A DNA stretch of 32,000 bases, from the NCBI RefSeq assembly GCF_000247565.1, contig NC_016893.1:210001-242000 (forward strand), in the 5' to 3' direction. This document shows positions 21,801-31,428 of the stretch, in pieces. The stretch's first letter is position 1. Each line of letters opens with the position of its first letter. The notes under the pieces were generated by a model that was not told where the DNA came from, ran no database searches, and saw only the letters and a program-made list of their open reading frames with translations. This DNA comes from Wigglesworthia glossinidia endosymbiont of Glossina morsitans morsitans (Yale colony) (GTDB lineage: Bacteria; Pseudomonadota; Gammaproteobacteria; Enterobacterales; Enterobacteriaceae). The position numbers were made by a program, and so were the translations under genes.

Positions 21801-22907
21801 CATGCGATAAATTTCTATCAATGCACTTGTTTGATCATGTGTAGAATCGATTCGTAATGTTTCCGATATGTAAGAACCATGATCTAAATCATTTGTAAAT
21901 AAAGTTTCAACTAAATCAAAACCAGATTTTTTTAATTTTAAAATAATTTCTTCAGTAATCTCAGTGTTTGCAGTAACAATAATTTTATTTGTTCGTGTAT
22001 CAATATAATCTTTAATAACAACTTTTCCTATAATATACTCAAAAGGTACTTGAATTTGCGAAATTTTGTCAATTTCTAATTTTCGAATATGTCTAGCTGT
22101 AATACGACGGCCTTTTTCAATATAAATTTTGCCTTGAGCGATAATATCAAATAATGCCGTTTCTCCACGTAAACGTTTTGGAATTAAATGCATGAAAAGC
22201 TCTTCTTTTTTGTTGATATAATATGTTACGCGTTCAAAAAATATGTTTAACATATTTGGAATATCAATATTCAAAGCTTTTAGCAAAATTGTCACGGGTA
22301 ATTTACGACGACGGTCAATTCTTACAAATAAATGGTCTTTTGCATCAAATTCAAAATCTAACCATGATCCTCTATAAGGAATAATGCGTGCATTATATAA
22401 TACTTTTCCAGAGGAATGCGTTTTTCCTTTGTCACTGTCAAAAAATACACCTGGACTACGATGTAATTGAGATACTACTACTCTTTCAGTACCATTAATA
22501 ATAAACGTGCCATTATGCGTCATTAATGGAATTTCTCCCATATATACTTCTTGTTCTTTTATGTTTTTTACTATATTTTTTGATTCATTATCATATACTA
22601 CTAAACGTAATATTACTCTAAGTGGTGCAGAAAATGTAGCGCTTCTTACTCGACATTCTTTGACATCAAATATAGGCTCACCGAGGTGATAATTTACATA
22701 TCGTAATTCTGCATTTCCATTGTAACTTTTTATAGGAAAAATTGAACGAAGAGCTGCTTCTAATCCATAACAACCACTTGGATCGCGTTCTATAAACTTT
22801 TGAAATGAATCAATTTGAATGGCAAGTAAATATGGTATATTTAAAACTTGCGGACGTTTTCCAAAGTCTTTTCGAATGCGTTTTTTTTCAGTATAAGAAT
22901 AAGACAT
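18876..22907 (-). CDS. rpoB: RNA polymerase subunit beta
   Basis: 1343 aa; [68 protein letters not shown] and [13 protein letters not shown]. Confidence 0.99.
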   Translation of the reverse strand: MSYSYTEKKRIRKDFGKRPQVLNIPYLLAIQIDSFQKFIERDPSGCYGLEAALRSIFPIKSYNGNAELRYVNYHLGEPIFDVKECRVRSATFSAPLRVILRLVVYDNESKNIVKNIKEQEVYMGEIPLMTHNGTFIINGTERVVVSQLHRSPGVFFDSDKGKTHSSGKVLYNARIIPYRGSWLDFEFDAKDHLFVRIDRRRKLPVTILLKALNIDIPNMLNIFFERVTYYINKKEELFMHLIPKRLRGETALFDIIAQGKIYIEKGRRITARHIRKLEIDKISQIQVPFEYIIGKVVIKDYIDTRTNKIIVTANTEITEEIILKLKKSGFDLVETLFTNDLDHGSYISETLRIDSTHDQTSALIEIYRMMRPGEPPTREASENLFANLFFSEDRYDLSSVGRMKFNRSLSRNTSEGSSLLSTTDIIDVIKRLIDIRNGKSEVDDIDHLGNRRIRSVGEMAENQFRIGLVRVERAVKERLSLGDLDTIMPQDMINAKPISAAVKEFFGSSQLSQFMDQNNPLSEITHKRRISALGPGGLTRERAGFEVRDVHPTHYGRVCPIETPEGPNIGLINSLSVYARTNEYGFLETPYRCVQNSVVTDDIHYLSAIEEGKFIIAQANTNLDKNGYLINEFVTCRHKGESSLFSREEVNYMDVSTQQIVSVGASLIPFLEHDDANRALMGANMQRQAVPTLRTEKPLVGTGMERAVAVDSGVTAVAKRGGIIQYLDASRIIVKVNYNEILNKDVGVDIYHLTKYVRSNQNTCINQIPCISLGDKIEQGDVLADGPSTDLGELALGQNMRIAFMPWNGYNFEDSMLVSERVVHEDRFTTIHIQELACMSRDTKLGAEEITSDIPNISETALLKLDESGIVYIGAEVKGGDILVGKVTPKGETQLTPEEKLLRAIFGEKASDVKDSSLRVPNGVSGTVIDVEIFTRDGVEKDKRALEIEDMQLKIAQKNFIEELEIFKISLKMQIITFLKQNNIDSNELSNILKGNLTHLKFLDKHAKLKLQDLVKKYFSLQKEFETKLEIKKKKIIQGDDLAPGVLKIVKVYLAVKRQIQPGDKMAGRHGNKGVISKITPIEDMPYDENGIPVDMVLNPLGVPSRMNIGQILEAHLGLAAKGIGNIINDMLKKNTKISKIRKFMQDAYNVGNGIRQKVKLENFSDLEIMKLANNLKYGMPVSTPVFDGAKEEEIKELLRFSQCPDSGQITLFDGQTGEKFDRPVTVGYMYMLKLNHLVDDKMHARSTGSYSLVTQQPLGGKAQFGGQRFGEMEVWALEAYGAAYTLQEMLTVKSDDVNGRTKMYKNIVDGSHLMEPGMPESFNVLLKEIRSLGINIELEESN

Positions 22908-23071
22908 GAGTTCCCCGATAAATAAAATTTTAAAAATTTCATAAAGTATATTTTATATAATATGTATTATTTTTAATAAAATAAATTTATTATATATTTA
23001 TAATTATTTTAGTATAAAATTTATTACAAAAATGGTATTTATGTATTTAAATATAATTTATATAATTTTAT

Positions 23072-23101
23072 AAAAAAAACGCTGGTGGTTTTTACACCAG
23101 C
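23072..23101 (-). terminator. Rho-independent-terminator-like attenuator in the rplL-rpoB intergenic region
   Basis: Read on minus strand: GCTGGTG TAAAAAC CACCAGC G TTTTTTT. Perfect 7-bp stem, 7-nt loop, immediate U-tract. Confidence 0.75.
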
Positions 23102-23138
23102 TATTTGATAAAATAATAACTTTCAAAATAAAAAATAT

Positions 23139-23510
23139 CTATTGTAAGACAATTTTAGCCCCAGATAATTCTATAGATTTTTTTAAAGACTCTGCTTCAT
23201 TTTTATTTAATCCTGATTTTAATACTACTGGCAAAGTTGATTCTACTAAATCTTTTGCTTCTTTCAAACCTAAACTAAGCGAAGATCGAACCACTTTAAT
23301 AACAGAAATTTTATTTTTCCCAATTTCCTGTAATAAAACATCAAATTCAGATTTTTCTTCTGATTTTCCAGATGAATTAGATTCCGAAGGCACATTGGAT
23401 GCGATCGCAGAAACTCCAAATTTTTTTTCCATCATAGAAACGAGCTCGGCAATTTCTAATACCGACATTTCAGAGACTGCATCTAAAATTTGTTGCTTAG
23501 TTATTGACAT
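23139..23510 (-). CDS. rplL: 50S ribosomal protein L7/L12
   Basis: 123 aa; MSITKQQILDAVSEMSVLEIAELVSMMEKKFGVSA...IKVVRSSLSLGLKEAKDLVESTLPVVLKSGLNKNEAESLKKSIELSGAKIVLQ. Confidence 0.96.
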   Translation of the reverse strand: MSITKQQILDAVSEMSVLEIAELVSMMEKKFGVSAIASNVPSESNSSGKSEEKSEFDVLLQEIGKNKISVIKVVRSSLSLGLKEAKDLVESTLPVVLKSGLNKNEAESLKKSIELSGAKIVLQ

Positions 23511-23548
23511 TTAGTATGCTCCTAAAATTTTATTTTTATTTATGATAT

Positions 23549-24046
23549 TTAATTGATATGTTTACTGTGTCTAATAAAAATTAACATACGTATAAATTTT
23601 TTGATTGATATTTCTTGTATAATTGTAATAAAACTTCTTATTGACTCTTCGTATGTTGGTAAATCTACTAAATAATTAATATCTGAATCTAACAAAACTT
23701 TTTTTTCAAATATTGCTATTTTTATTTTACATTTGTTGTTTTTACGTTCAAATTCTTTAAATAAACGTGCTCCGGATCCAGGATGTAAATAAGAAAAGGC
23801 AATTAAGTTGGGTCCATTAATTTTATCTTTTAAATTTGAAAAATTAGTTCCTAAAACTGATAATTTTATTAATGTATTACGCAGATATTTAATATCAATT
23901 TTTAGTGCTCTGCTTTTTTTACGTAAATCATTCATTTCATTTGCTTGTATGCCAGTTGGATCTGCTATAACAATCGATAGTGCAGATTTCATACATTGAT
24001 TAATTTTAGAAATTATATTTTTCTTTTTTTTAAGGTTTAAGACCAT
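23549..24046 (-). CDS. rplJ: 50S ribosomal protein L10
   Basis: 165 aa; SALSIVIADPTGIQANEMNDLRKKSRALKIDIKYLRNTLIKLSVLGT; position between rplA and rplL. Confidence 0.95.
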   Translation of the reverse strand: MVLNLKKKKNIISKINQCMKSALSIVIADPTGIQANEMNDLRKKSRALKIDIKYLRNTLIKLSVLGTNFSNLKDKINGPNLIAFSYLHPGSGARLFKEFERKNNKCKIKIAIFEKKVLLDSDINYLVDLPTYEESIRSFITIIQEISIKKFIRMLIFIRHSKHIN

Positions 24047-24237
24047 ATTTTATCCTATAAAATAAATAAATGAGCAATATTTAAATTTGATAATAAGTAT
24101 CTTAAGGTGATAATAAAATTTTGTATTAATTTACTATCTTGCTTATAAATTGAGTGTATACGTTTTTATTGTGCAGAATTTTTTTTGAAAAAAATTTTAA
24201 GCATATAAATAATGTTGTTTTAATTTATTTGATTAAT

Positions 24238-24942
24238 CTATACTTTTTGTAAAAATTCATTATGATCTAATAAAACGCTACCTCCCATAGTTTTCGCGAG
24301 ATTTACTTGCTTTATAAATGCACCTTTCACTGGAGATGGTTTATTTTTTAATATATTTTTCAACAGTACTAATAAATTTTGTTCTAATTTATAAAATTCA
24401 AAATTAATTTTTCCAATAGTCATATGTATAATTCCGTATTTATCATTACGATAAGTCACCTGACCTTGTTGAATGTTTTTAATTGCTTCTGTGACATTAT
24501 CTGTTATAGTGCCATTTTTAGGATTTGGCATTAATCCTCTAGGTCCAAGAATAGGTCCTAATTTTTCGACAATTGACATTGCGTATGGCATAGCGATTAC
24601 AAAATCAATTTTAATTTTTTTATTATTTTTGATTTTATCTGCTATTTCTTCCATTCCAGATAATTCTACTCCTAAATCATACGCGGATTTTTTATCTGCT
24701 CCATCTGCAAAAACTACTAAAGATTTTTTTTTTTCTATCACATACGGTAATTTCACAGAATTATGTAGATTTTGATCGGATTTTTTTGAATTAATGTTTA
24801 AATTAATTGTAGCATCAATATTTTCAATAAAATTAGCCTTGGGCAAACAATATAATAGTTCAATTGCTTGTTTAAAACTATATAGTTTGCCAACAGAAAT
24901 TTTCTGAGAAATTAAACGCATTTTTTTTGTTATTCGAGACAT
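24238..24942 (-). CDS. rplA: 50S ribosomal protein L1
   Basis: 234 aa; VIAMPYAMSIVEKLGPILGPRGLMPNPKNGTITDNVTEAI, GKINFEFYKLEQNLLVLL. Confidence 0.96.
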   Translation of the reverse strand: MSRITKKMRLISQKISVGKLYSFKQAIELLYCLPKANFIENIDATINLNINSKKSDQNLHNSVKLPYVIEKKKSLVVFADGADKKSAYDLGVELSGMEEIADKIKNNKKIKIDFVIAMPYAMSIVEKLGPILGPRGLMPNPKNGTITDNVTEAIKNIQQGQVTYRNDKYGIIHMTIGKINFEFYKLEQNLLVLLKNILKNKPSPVKGAFIKQVNLAKTMGGSVLLDHNEFLQKV

Positions 24943-24943
24943 A

Positions 24944-25372
24944 TCAGTCCTCTATTAAAAATCCCATGGATTTTGCCGTACCAATAATTGATTGAGATAT
25001 AGCATGTAAATTTTTTCCTGTCATATCTGCTGCTTTTTTTTTTGCAATTTCTTCGATTTGACTTAAAGATATTGTGCCTATTTTTTTTTCTTTTGAATTG
25101 CTTGCACCTAATTTAATATTAGTTAGTTTTTTTAAAAAAAATGATGTAGGAGGTGTTTTTATGATGAATGAAAAAGTTTTATCACTATATACAGTAATGA
25201 TTACTGGAATAGGTGTTCCTGGATCAAAATGCTGAGTTTGATTATTAAAAGATTTACAAAACTCTATTATATTAATTCCTTGTTGACCTAGTGCAGGTCC
25301 AACTGGAGGACTTGGATTTGCAGCGCCTGATTCGATTTGTAATTTAATATATCCTTTAACATTTTTTGCCAT
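24944..25372 (-). CDS. rplK: 50S ribosomal protein L11
   Basis: 142 aa; [37 protein letters not shown]...PPTSFFLKK. Confidence 0.98.
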   Translation of the reverse strand: MAKNVKGYIKLQIESGAANPSPPVGPALGQQGINIIEFCKSFNNQTQHFDPGTPIPVIITVYSDKTFSFIIKTPPTSFFLKKLTNIKLGASNSKEKKIGTISLSQIEEIAKKKAADMTGKNLHAISQSIIGTAKSMGFLIED

Positions 25373-25415
25373 AATAATATCCGTAATAGTTATTTAAAAT
25401 TGTTTCATTTAATGA

Positions 25416-25961
25416 TTAATTTTTTTCTAATTGACTGAAATCTAATTCTACCGGAGTCGCTCTACCAAAAATTGATACTGATACTTTTAATCTATTTTTT
25501 TCATAATCGACTTCTTCAACTACTCCATTAAAATCTGAAAAAGGACCATCTTTGACTCTTACTAGTTCTCCAGGTTCGAACAAAGTTTTTGGACGTGGTT
25601 TATTGCCTATTTTTTGTAATCGTTTTACGATAGAGTCAACTTCTTTGTCGCTAATTGGTGCCGGTTTATCTGATGTTCCGCCAACAAATCCCATAACTTT
25701 TGGAATGCTACGAACCATATACCAACTAGAATCATGCATAATCATTTGTATTAACACGTATCCTGGAAAAAATTTTCTTTCGCTTTTTTTACGTTGTCCA
25801 TTTCGGATTTCAATCACTTCTTCTGTAGGAATCATAATATCTCCAAAAAACTTTTCCATATTATACAATTTGATGTGTTCTTTTAAAGATTGAGCTACCT
25901 TAGATTCAAAACCTGAAAATGCTTGAATTACGTACCAACGTTTTTTTTGAGTTTCAGACAT
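25416..25961 (-). CDS. nusG: Transcription termination/antitermination factor NusG
   Basis: 181 aa; [79 protein letters not shown]. Confidence 0.98.
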   Translation of the reverse strand: MSETQKKRWYVIQAFSGFESKVAQSLKEHIKLYNMEKFFGDIMIPTEEVIEIRNGQRKKSERKFFPGYVLIQMIMHDSSWYMVRSIPKVMGFVGGTSDKPAPISDKEVDSIVKRLQKIGNKPRPKTLFEPGELVRVKDGPFSDFNGVVEEVDYEKNRLKVSVSIFGRATPVELDFSQLEKN

Positions 25962-25962
25962 C

Positions 25963-26346
25963 TTAAAACCTCAATCCAGTTATAAATGATATTATTCGGA
26001 TCAGTAAGCTGTCTAGTCCCCAAAGCAAAAGAGACATTATGAGAGTTACTAAAGATACTATTAAAGTAGTTTGTAACGCTTCTTGAAAAGAAGGCCAAAT
26101 TACTTTTTGCATTTCTTTGCAAGATATATAAATAAATTTTATTATTTTTTTTCCTTTTATTGTTGTGGTAAATAGAAAACATGCAAGAAAAATCATTAAA
26201 GAAACACTAAAAACTTTTATTATTTTGTTTTCAGTAGGGAAAAGCTCACTGAACAAAAATGCTGTTATTAATAAAGTGATTACAAAAATCCAAATAAATA
26301 TGTCTTTTTTATATTTACTTTGATTTTTTTGATGTTCAGTGTTCAT
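25963..26346 (-). CDS. secE: Preprotein translocase subunit SecE (three-TM form)
   Basis: 127 aa; hydrophobic segments plus [46 protein letters not shown]; between nusG and tuf. Confidence 0.93.
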   Translation of the reverse strand: MNTEHQKNQSKYKKDIFIWIFVITLLITAFLFSELFPTENKIIKVFSVSLMIFLACFLFTTTIKGKKIIKFIYISCKEMQKVIWPSFQEALQTTLIVSLVTLIMSLLLWGLDSLLIRIISFITGLRF

Positions 26347-26373
26347 GCAAAAGAAAACTTACAGTAAATCTAT

Positions 26374-27558
26374 TTAAGATAGAATTTTTGATACAATTCC
26401 AGCGCCTACTGTACGTCCGCCTTCTCGAATTGCAAATCGCAATCCTTCGTCCATAGCAATAGGAGAAATTAATTTTACAGATACTTTAACATTATCTCCA
26501 GGCATAACCATTTCGATTCCTTTTGGTAATTCGATACTTCCAGTGACATCGGTAGTACGGAAATAAAATTGAGGTTTATATCCGTTAAAAAATGGAGTAT
26601 GACGTCCTCCTTCTTCTTTTTTCAATACATACACTTCTGATTCAAATTGTGTATGTGGTTTTATTGAACCTGGTTTAGAAAGAACTTGTCCTCTTTCTAC
26701 GTCTTCTCGTTTAGTACCTCTTAGTAAAATACCTACATTTTCTCCTGCTCGTCCTTCGTCCAAAAGTTTGCGAAACATTTCTACTCCGGTACATATTGTT
26801 TTTGCTGTTTTTTTGATTCCAACAATTTCTATTTCTTCTCCTACTTTAACTGTACCACGTTCAATTCTACCAGTCACCACAGTGCCTCTTCCAGATATCG
26901 AAAATACGTCTTCTATGGGCAATAAAAATGGTTGATCGATAGATCTTTTTGGTTCAGGAATATAGTTATCTAGAGCTTCAGACAAATCTAATATTTTTTT
27001 TGTCCAAATAGGATCGTTTTCTAATGCTTTTAATGCGGAACCTCTAATAATTGGAATATCATCTCCAGGAAAATCATATTGTGATAGTAGTTCTCTAATT
27101 TCTATTTCTACTAATTCTAATAATTCTTCGTCGTCTACCATGTCGCATTTATTCATAAATACAACTATGTACGGAACTCCAACTTGACGTCCGAGTAATA
27201 TATGTTCTCGAGTTTGAGGCATAGGTCCATCGGTAGCAGCAACTACGAGAATTGCGCCGTCCATTTGTGCAGCTCCAGTAATCATGTTTTTTACGTAATC
27301 TGCATGACCTGGGCAATCTACATGTGCATAATGCCTTGCATTTGTATCATATTCTACGTGCGATGTATTTATAGTAATACCTCGAGCTTTTTCTTCTGGA
27401 GCGTTGTCAATTTGATCAAATGCTTTAGGATTCCCTCCATATTTTTTAGCTAATACAGTAGTAATTGCAGCAGTTAATGTGGTTTTTCCGTGGTCTACAT
27501 GCCCAATTGTACCAACATTAATGTGTGGCTTAATTCGTTGAAACTTTTCTTTAGACAT
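26374..27558 (-). CDS. tuf: Elongation factor Tu
   Basis: 394 aa; [67 protein letters not shown]. Confidence 0.99.
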   Translation of the reverse strand: MSKEKFQRIKPHINVGTIGHVDHGKTTLTAAITTVLAKKYGGNPKAFDQIDNAPEEKARGITINTSHVEYDTNARHYAHVDCPGHADYVKNMITGAAQMDGAILVVAATDGPMPQTREHILLGRQVGVPYIVVFMNKCDMVDDEELLELVEIEIRELLSQYDFPGDDIPIIRGSALKALENDPIWTKKILDLSEALDNYIPEPKRSIDQPFLLPIEDVFSISGRGTVVTGRIERGTVKVGEEIEIVGIKKTAKTICTGVEMFRKLLDEGRAGENVGILLRGTKREDVERGQVLSKPGSIKPHTQFESEVYVLKKEEGGRHTPFFNGYKPQFYFRTTDVTGSIELPKGIEMVMPGDNVKVSVKLISPIAMDEGLRFAIREGGRTVGAGIVSKILS

Positions 27559-27722
27559 TATAGTTTCCTAGTTAAAGATTGTTTTAAATCATTTTTAATG
27601 AATTTTACTAAAATAAAATAGCAGTATTTTCACTAAGATTTTTTATTAAAAAAAGTATAAAAAAAGTTGAGTTTATTTTAATTTTTAAAAATTTTTAAAA
27701 TAAATGTCCGTGAAAAAAGTAG

Positions 27723-27796
27723 TGCTGACAGGCAGATTTGAACTGCCGACCTCACCCTTACCAAGGGTGTGCTCTACCCTGCTGAGCTATATCAGC
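27723..27796 (-). tRNA. thrT: tRNA-Thr (anticodon GGT)
   Basis: Minus strand GCTGATATAGCTCAGCAGGGTAGAGCACACCCTTGGTAAGGGTGAGGTCGGCAGTTCAAATCTGCCTGTCAGCA; cloverleaf consistent. Confidence 0.95.
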
Positions 27797-27803
27797 TTAC
27801 ATT

Positions 27804-27874
<71 letters not shown>

Positions 27875-27960
27875 TATTTAAAGTCTAGTATTTAATTAAA
27901 TATTAAAAATAATAAAATTTCATAATATTTATATTAATTTGCATGCGCAGAAGAATAATT

Positions 27961-28043
27961 TGGTGGGGGAAGGATTTGAACCTTCGAAGTCTTATGACGG
28001 CAGATTTACAGTCTGCTCCCTTTAGCCACTCGGGAACCCCACC
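27961..28043 (-). tRNA. tyrU: tRNA-Tyr (anticodon GTA)
   Basis: Minus strand GGTGGGGTTCCCGAGTGGCTAAAGGGAGCAGACTGTAAATCTGCCGTCATAAGACTTCGAAGGTTCAAATCCTTCCCCCACCA, with long variable arm. Confidence 0.95.
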
Positions 28044-28054
28044 ATAAATTCAAT

Positions 28055-28127
28055 TGCCGGCAAAAGGAGTCGAACCTTCGACCTACTGATTACAAGTCAG
28101 TTGCTCTTCCATCTGAGCTATACCGGC
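28055..28127 (-). tRNA. thrU: tRNA-Thr (anticodon TGT)
   Basis: Minus strand GCCGGTATAGCTCAGATGGAAGAGCAACTGACTTGTAATCAGTAGGTCGAAGGTTCGACTCCTTTTGCCGGCA. Confidence 0.95.
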
Positions 28128-28351
28128 TAATAAAATATTTTTATAAAATTATATATAAAATATTCTATAGAAATTTTTGATGAATTTTAGTATATTTTAT
28201 TAAAAATAGCAATTTTAATTTATTAAAAAGTTTTTCATGTTTGACATAAATTTAACTTAAAAATTATCACGATTAATCGCATTATACTATTCAGCTTTTC
28301 AAGTTAATTTTGATATTATTTACATATTGAATACACTTATATTACATATAT

Positions 28352-29170
28352 ATGAAAACTAAGCAAGAAACATATCTAGATTTGGCAAATATTATTTATA
28401 ATAATTTTTTGCTAAAAACTAAAAAATTAAAAATAGATAATTACAATTGTACTTTAAATAATATGCCGCCTTATGTTGTATCTATTTATGGTAGCGTAGC
28501 TTCTGGTAAAAGCACTATAGCTTATATTTTAAAATCAAATTTAATTAAATATTCAAAAAATATTACGGTAGAAGTAGTTAAAACAGACATATTTTTGTAT
28601 TGTAATCAAGTTTTAAATAAAATGGGATTGATGAAAAAAAAAGGATTTCCAGAATCTTACGATATTAAAAAATTAGCAAATTTTTTAATAAGCATTAAAA
28701 AAAATAATAAGTTATATCATTTAATTCCACATTATTCTCATATAGCATACGATATAGTACCAAAAAAAAAACTACTCTTGAAAACACATATATTAATTTT
28801 AGAAGGATTAAATTTTTTATATAAAATTAAAAAAGAAAATTACTTATATTTTAAAAATATTGTTTTATCTGATTTAATAGATTTTAATATATATATCGAC
28901 GCAAAAGAAAGTTATATTAAAAACTGGTATATTAATCGTTTTTTAAATTTTCGAAAAAAATCAGCATTATATTCATATTCATATTTTTCACGTTACTTAA
29001 AAATTTCCGAAGAAAAAACAATAGAAAAAGCCAATCAAATCTGGAGTTGTATAAACAAATGTAATTTAATAAAAAATATATTACCTTTAAAAAAATACGC
29101 TAATCTAATATTAAAAAAAAATAATAATCATACAACTTCAAAAATTATTTATAAAAAATTAAAATTTTAA
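28352..29170 (+). CDS. coaA: Pantothenate kinase CoaA, N-terminally shortened
   Basis: 272 aa; PYVVSIYGSVASGKSTIAYIL, NQVLNKMGLMKKKGFPESYDIKKL, HYSHIAYDIVP, ILILEGLNFL, NWYINRFLNFR. Confidence 0.9.
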   Translation: MKTKQETYLDLANIIYNNFLLKTKKLKIDNYNCTLNNMPPYVVSIYGSVASGKSTIAYILKSNLIKYSKNITVEVVKTDIFLYCNQVLNKMGLMKKKGFPESYDIKKLANFLISIKKNNKLYHLIPHYSHIAYDIVPKKKLLLKTHILILEGLNFLYKIKKENYLYFKNIVLSDLIDFNIYIDAKESYIKNWYINRFLNFRKKSALYSYSYFSRYLKISEEKTIEKANQIWSCINKCNLIKNILPLKKYANLILKKNNNHTTSKIIYKKLKF

Positions 29171-29279
29171 TTGATTTTTAAATTTTTATAATATGTTTTA
29201 TTTAGTTAGTTTTTAAAAAAAATTAAAAAAATTAGAAAATTTTTTTAATTTGAATAACATTGAATTTTTTTATAAAATT

Positions 29280-30071
29280 TTAAATTTCATCAAAAATACT
29301 GTATTTATTTTGAATTTTTTTTAATTGATCATGCAAAGCGGAAACAATATGCACAATCAACACATTACGATCAATTGCAATCTTTAATCTGCTTAAATCA
29401 GTCCAAGTAATATTTATTAGCTTAGAATAAATATTACTCATAATTATGTTAATTCCAATACCAATTATGATATCTACTGAACATTTTTTTTTATTAAATG
29501 TTTCTATCAAAATTCCAGCAAATTTCTTATCTTCAATAAAAATATCGTTTGGAAATTTTATACGAATTTTTGGTATTCCAAAATTAATTAATATTTTTGC
29601 AACAATTTGACTAATTTTTACACTTAATTGAGAAAGATTTATCAATGATGTTTTTATGTTCCAATACATTGAAAGACATATATTATTACCAAAAGAAGCA
29701 AACCATTTTTTTCCTCGTGTTCCTTTTCCGTGCGTTTGATATTCTGCTAAACATATATCTCCTGAGTTTAATATAGACATATTTTGTGCAAGATATTGAT
29801 TGGTAGAACAAATTATATTAAATATAAAAATTTTATTTTTTGGGAAATTTTTGTAAATATACATTTTATTTAATAAACAAATAGGTTTTTTTAGATAACA
29901 ATATTTACTTTGTTTAAAACTTATATCAATTCCGTATTGATACATAGCATTTAAGTATAAATATATATTATTAGAATTTATCAAGTTTTCTTCAATTAAT
30001 TCATTTATTTGATGTAATTTTGCATCAGAAATAGTATTCACTATTTTTGAAAAAATATTATAATCGATCAT
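29280..30071 (-). CDS. birA: Biotin-protein ligase BirA, C-terminal domain missing
   Basis: 263 aa; STNQYLAQNMSILNSGDICLAEYQTHGKGTRGKKWFASFGNNICLSMYW, IRIKFPNDIFIEDKKFAGILIE; overlaps murB by 4 nt. Confidence 0.9.
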   Translation of the reverse strand: MIDYNIFSKIVNTISDAKLHQINELIEENLINSNNIYLYLNAMYQYGIDISFKQSKYCYLKKPICLLNKMYIYKNFPKNKIFIFNIICSTNQYLAQNMSILNSGDICLAEYQTHGKGTRGKKWFASFGNNICLSMYWNIKTSLINLSQLSVKISQIVAKILINFGIPKIRIKFPNDIFIEDKKFAGILIETFNKKKCSVDIIIGIGINIIMSNIYSKLINITWTDLSRLKIAIDRNVLIVHIVSALHDQLKKIQNKYSIFDEI

Positions 30072-31084
30072 GTTATGATTTTTGACGAATCAATCTTTCC
30101 TTGTTTTGATATAAATTGTACTTCTGACTCTAGTAGGATAAAAAATTTATTTTTGACTTTAAGAAAAATATAATGCGCTAAATTTAAAATTTCATATCCA
30201 GTAGCAAATCCGGTATTTATAATAATTGCTGCCTGCTTATGATGCACCGCAGCTCTACCAAGACGAAATCCTTTTAATCCGCAACTATCAATCATCCACC
30301 CCGCTGAAAACTTAAATTTATTATGAATAAAATTAAAACAAGGTGCATGAGGATATTTATTTAATATATCTTTTGTTTTTTGGATAGAAATTACAGGATT
30401 TTTAAAGAAACTACCAGCGTTTCCAAAATGTTTAGGATTAGGAATTTTTTTTTGTCTAAGCCAACAAACAATTTTATATATTTGACGGGGAGTTACTAAT
30501 TGTTTCCTTAGATAAGATAATCCAGAATAATTTAAACAAGCTTTCCATTTTTTTTTTAGCTGTAATCCGATCGCAACTATTGAGTAGTTATAAAAATATT
30601 TGGTATTAAATATACTTGATCTATATCCAAAACTACAATCTTTAACATGTAATCGAATTTTTTTTCCTGTTTCTAACAATAATATATCTACGTACGTACA
30701 TATCTGAGAAAGTTCCATTCCGTATGCTCCAATGTTTTGAATTGGAGCAGCTCCGACATAACCTGGAATTAAAGCTAAATTTTCAAGTCCTGGTATTTTT
30801 CTTTTTAAGCACATAGTAACAATATTATTCCATACTTCTCCTGCGCATACATGTATGTTCCATGAAGATATGTTTTCAATAATTTTAAAACCTCGGATTC
30901 TATTTAATATGATTATACCTTGATAGTATTTTTCTAAAAATAACACATTGCTCCCGGATCCAAGAAACAAAATAGGGTACTTATGCGCTAATTTTTGCCA
31001 TGTATTTATTAATTCGATTTCAGAAAAAACAGGAATTATTTTTTTTGCAATAACGTTAATAAAAAAAGTATTAAAAATTTTTAT
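30068..31084 (-). CDS. murB: UDP-N-acetylenolpyruvoylglucosamine reductase; ORF-track start (TTG, 30970) extended upstream to a probable non-canonical start
   Basis: 300 aa ORF has GSGSNVLFLEKYYQGIIILNRI, NLALIPGYVGAAPIQNIGAYGMEL, GNAGSFFKNPVIS. The same frame stays open to 31084, adding (M)KIFNTFFINVIAKKIIPVFSEIELINTWQKLAHKYPI, which aligns with the E. coli MurB N-terminus. Confidence 0.88.
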   Translation of the reverse strand: MKIFNTFFINVIAKKIIPVFSEIELINTWQKLAHKYPILFLGSGSNVLFLEKYYQGIIILNRIRGFKIIENISSWNIHVCAGEVWNNIVTMCLKRKIPGLENLALIPGYVGAAPIQNIGAYGMELSQICTYVDILLLETGKKIRLHVKDCSFGYRSSIFNTKYFYNYSIVAIGLQLKKKWKACLNYSGLSYLRKQLVTPRQIYKIVCWLRQKKIPNPKHFGNAGSFFKNPVISIQKTKDILNKYPHAPCFNFIHNKFKFSAGWMIDSCGLKGFRLGRAAVHHKQAAIIINTGFATGYEILNLAHYIFLKVKNKFFILLESEVQFISKQGKIDSSKIIT

Positions 31085-31091
31085 TTATTTT

Positions 31092-31095
31092 CTCC
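31092..31095 (-). promoter_or_regulatory. Shine-Dalgarno sequence for extended murB
   Basis: Minus strand GGAG, 7 nt upstream of the in-frame ATA codon at 31084-31082. Confidence 0.6.
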
Positions 31096-31428
31096 AAATT
31101 AAATTTTTAATTTATTTAAATACAATTCATAAGAAATATAAGTTCGCCTTAAATAAATAATAGTTTGCAGGCATATTAGATATTTTTTATGCGAAATCGA
31201 ATTAGTATTTAAATTTTTTTATACTATAAATTTTAATTTACTGCAATTAAATATTAAAAATTTTTCATTATTTTATTTTTAAAAAAATTTTAAATGATCG
31301 TAATTGATAAATTATAAATATTCGTTTGAAATTTTTATGCATTAAAAATTTTATTGAATTAATTTTGCTATTTTTGAAAATTAATGATGTAATTATAGTG
31401 CGTAATTACTTCAACATAAAGTTTATTT

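Noticed and set aside
21574-22689. + strand ORFs of 78 and 60 aa
   Set aside because: Antisense shadows of rpoB.
23808-27453. + strand ORFs in rplJ, rplA, nusG and tuf, plus the 84-aa - strand ORF overlapping secE
   Set aside because: Each overlaps a strongly identified ribosomal, NusG, SecE or EF-Tu gene in another frame.
30948-31160. 70-aa + strand ORF
   Set aside because: Antisense to the extended murB N-terminus, no similarity recognised.
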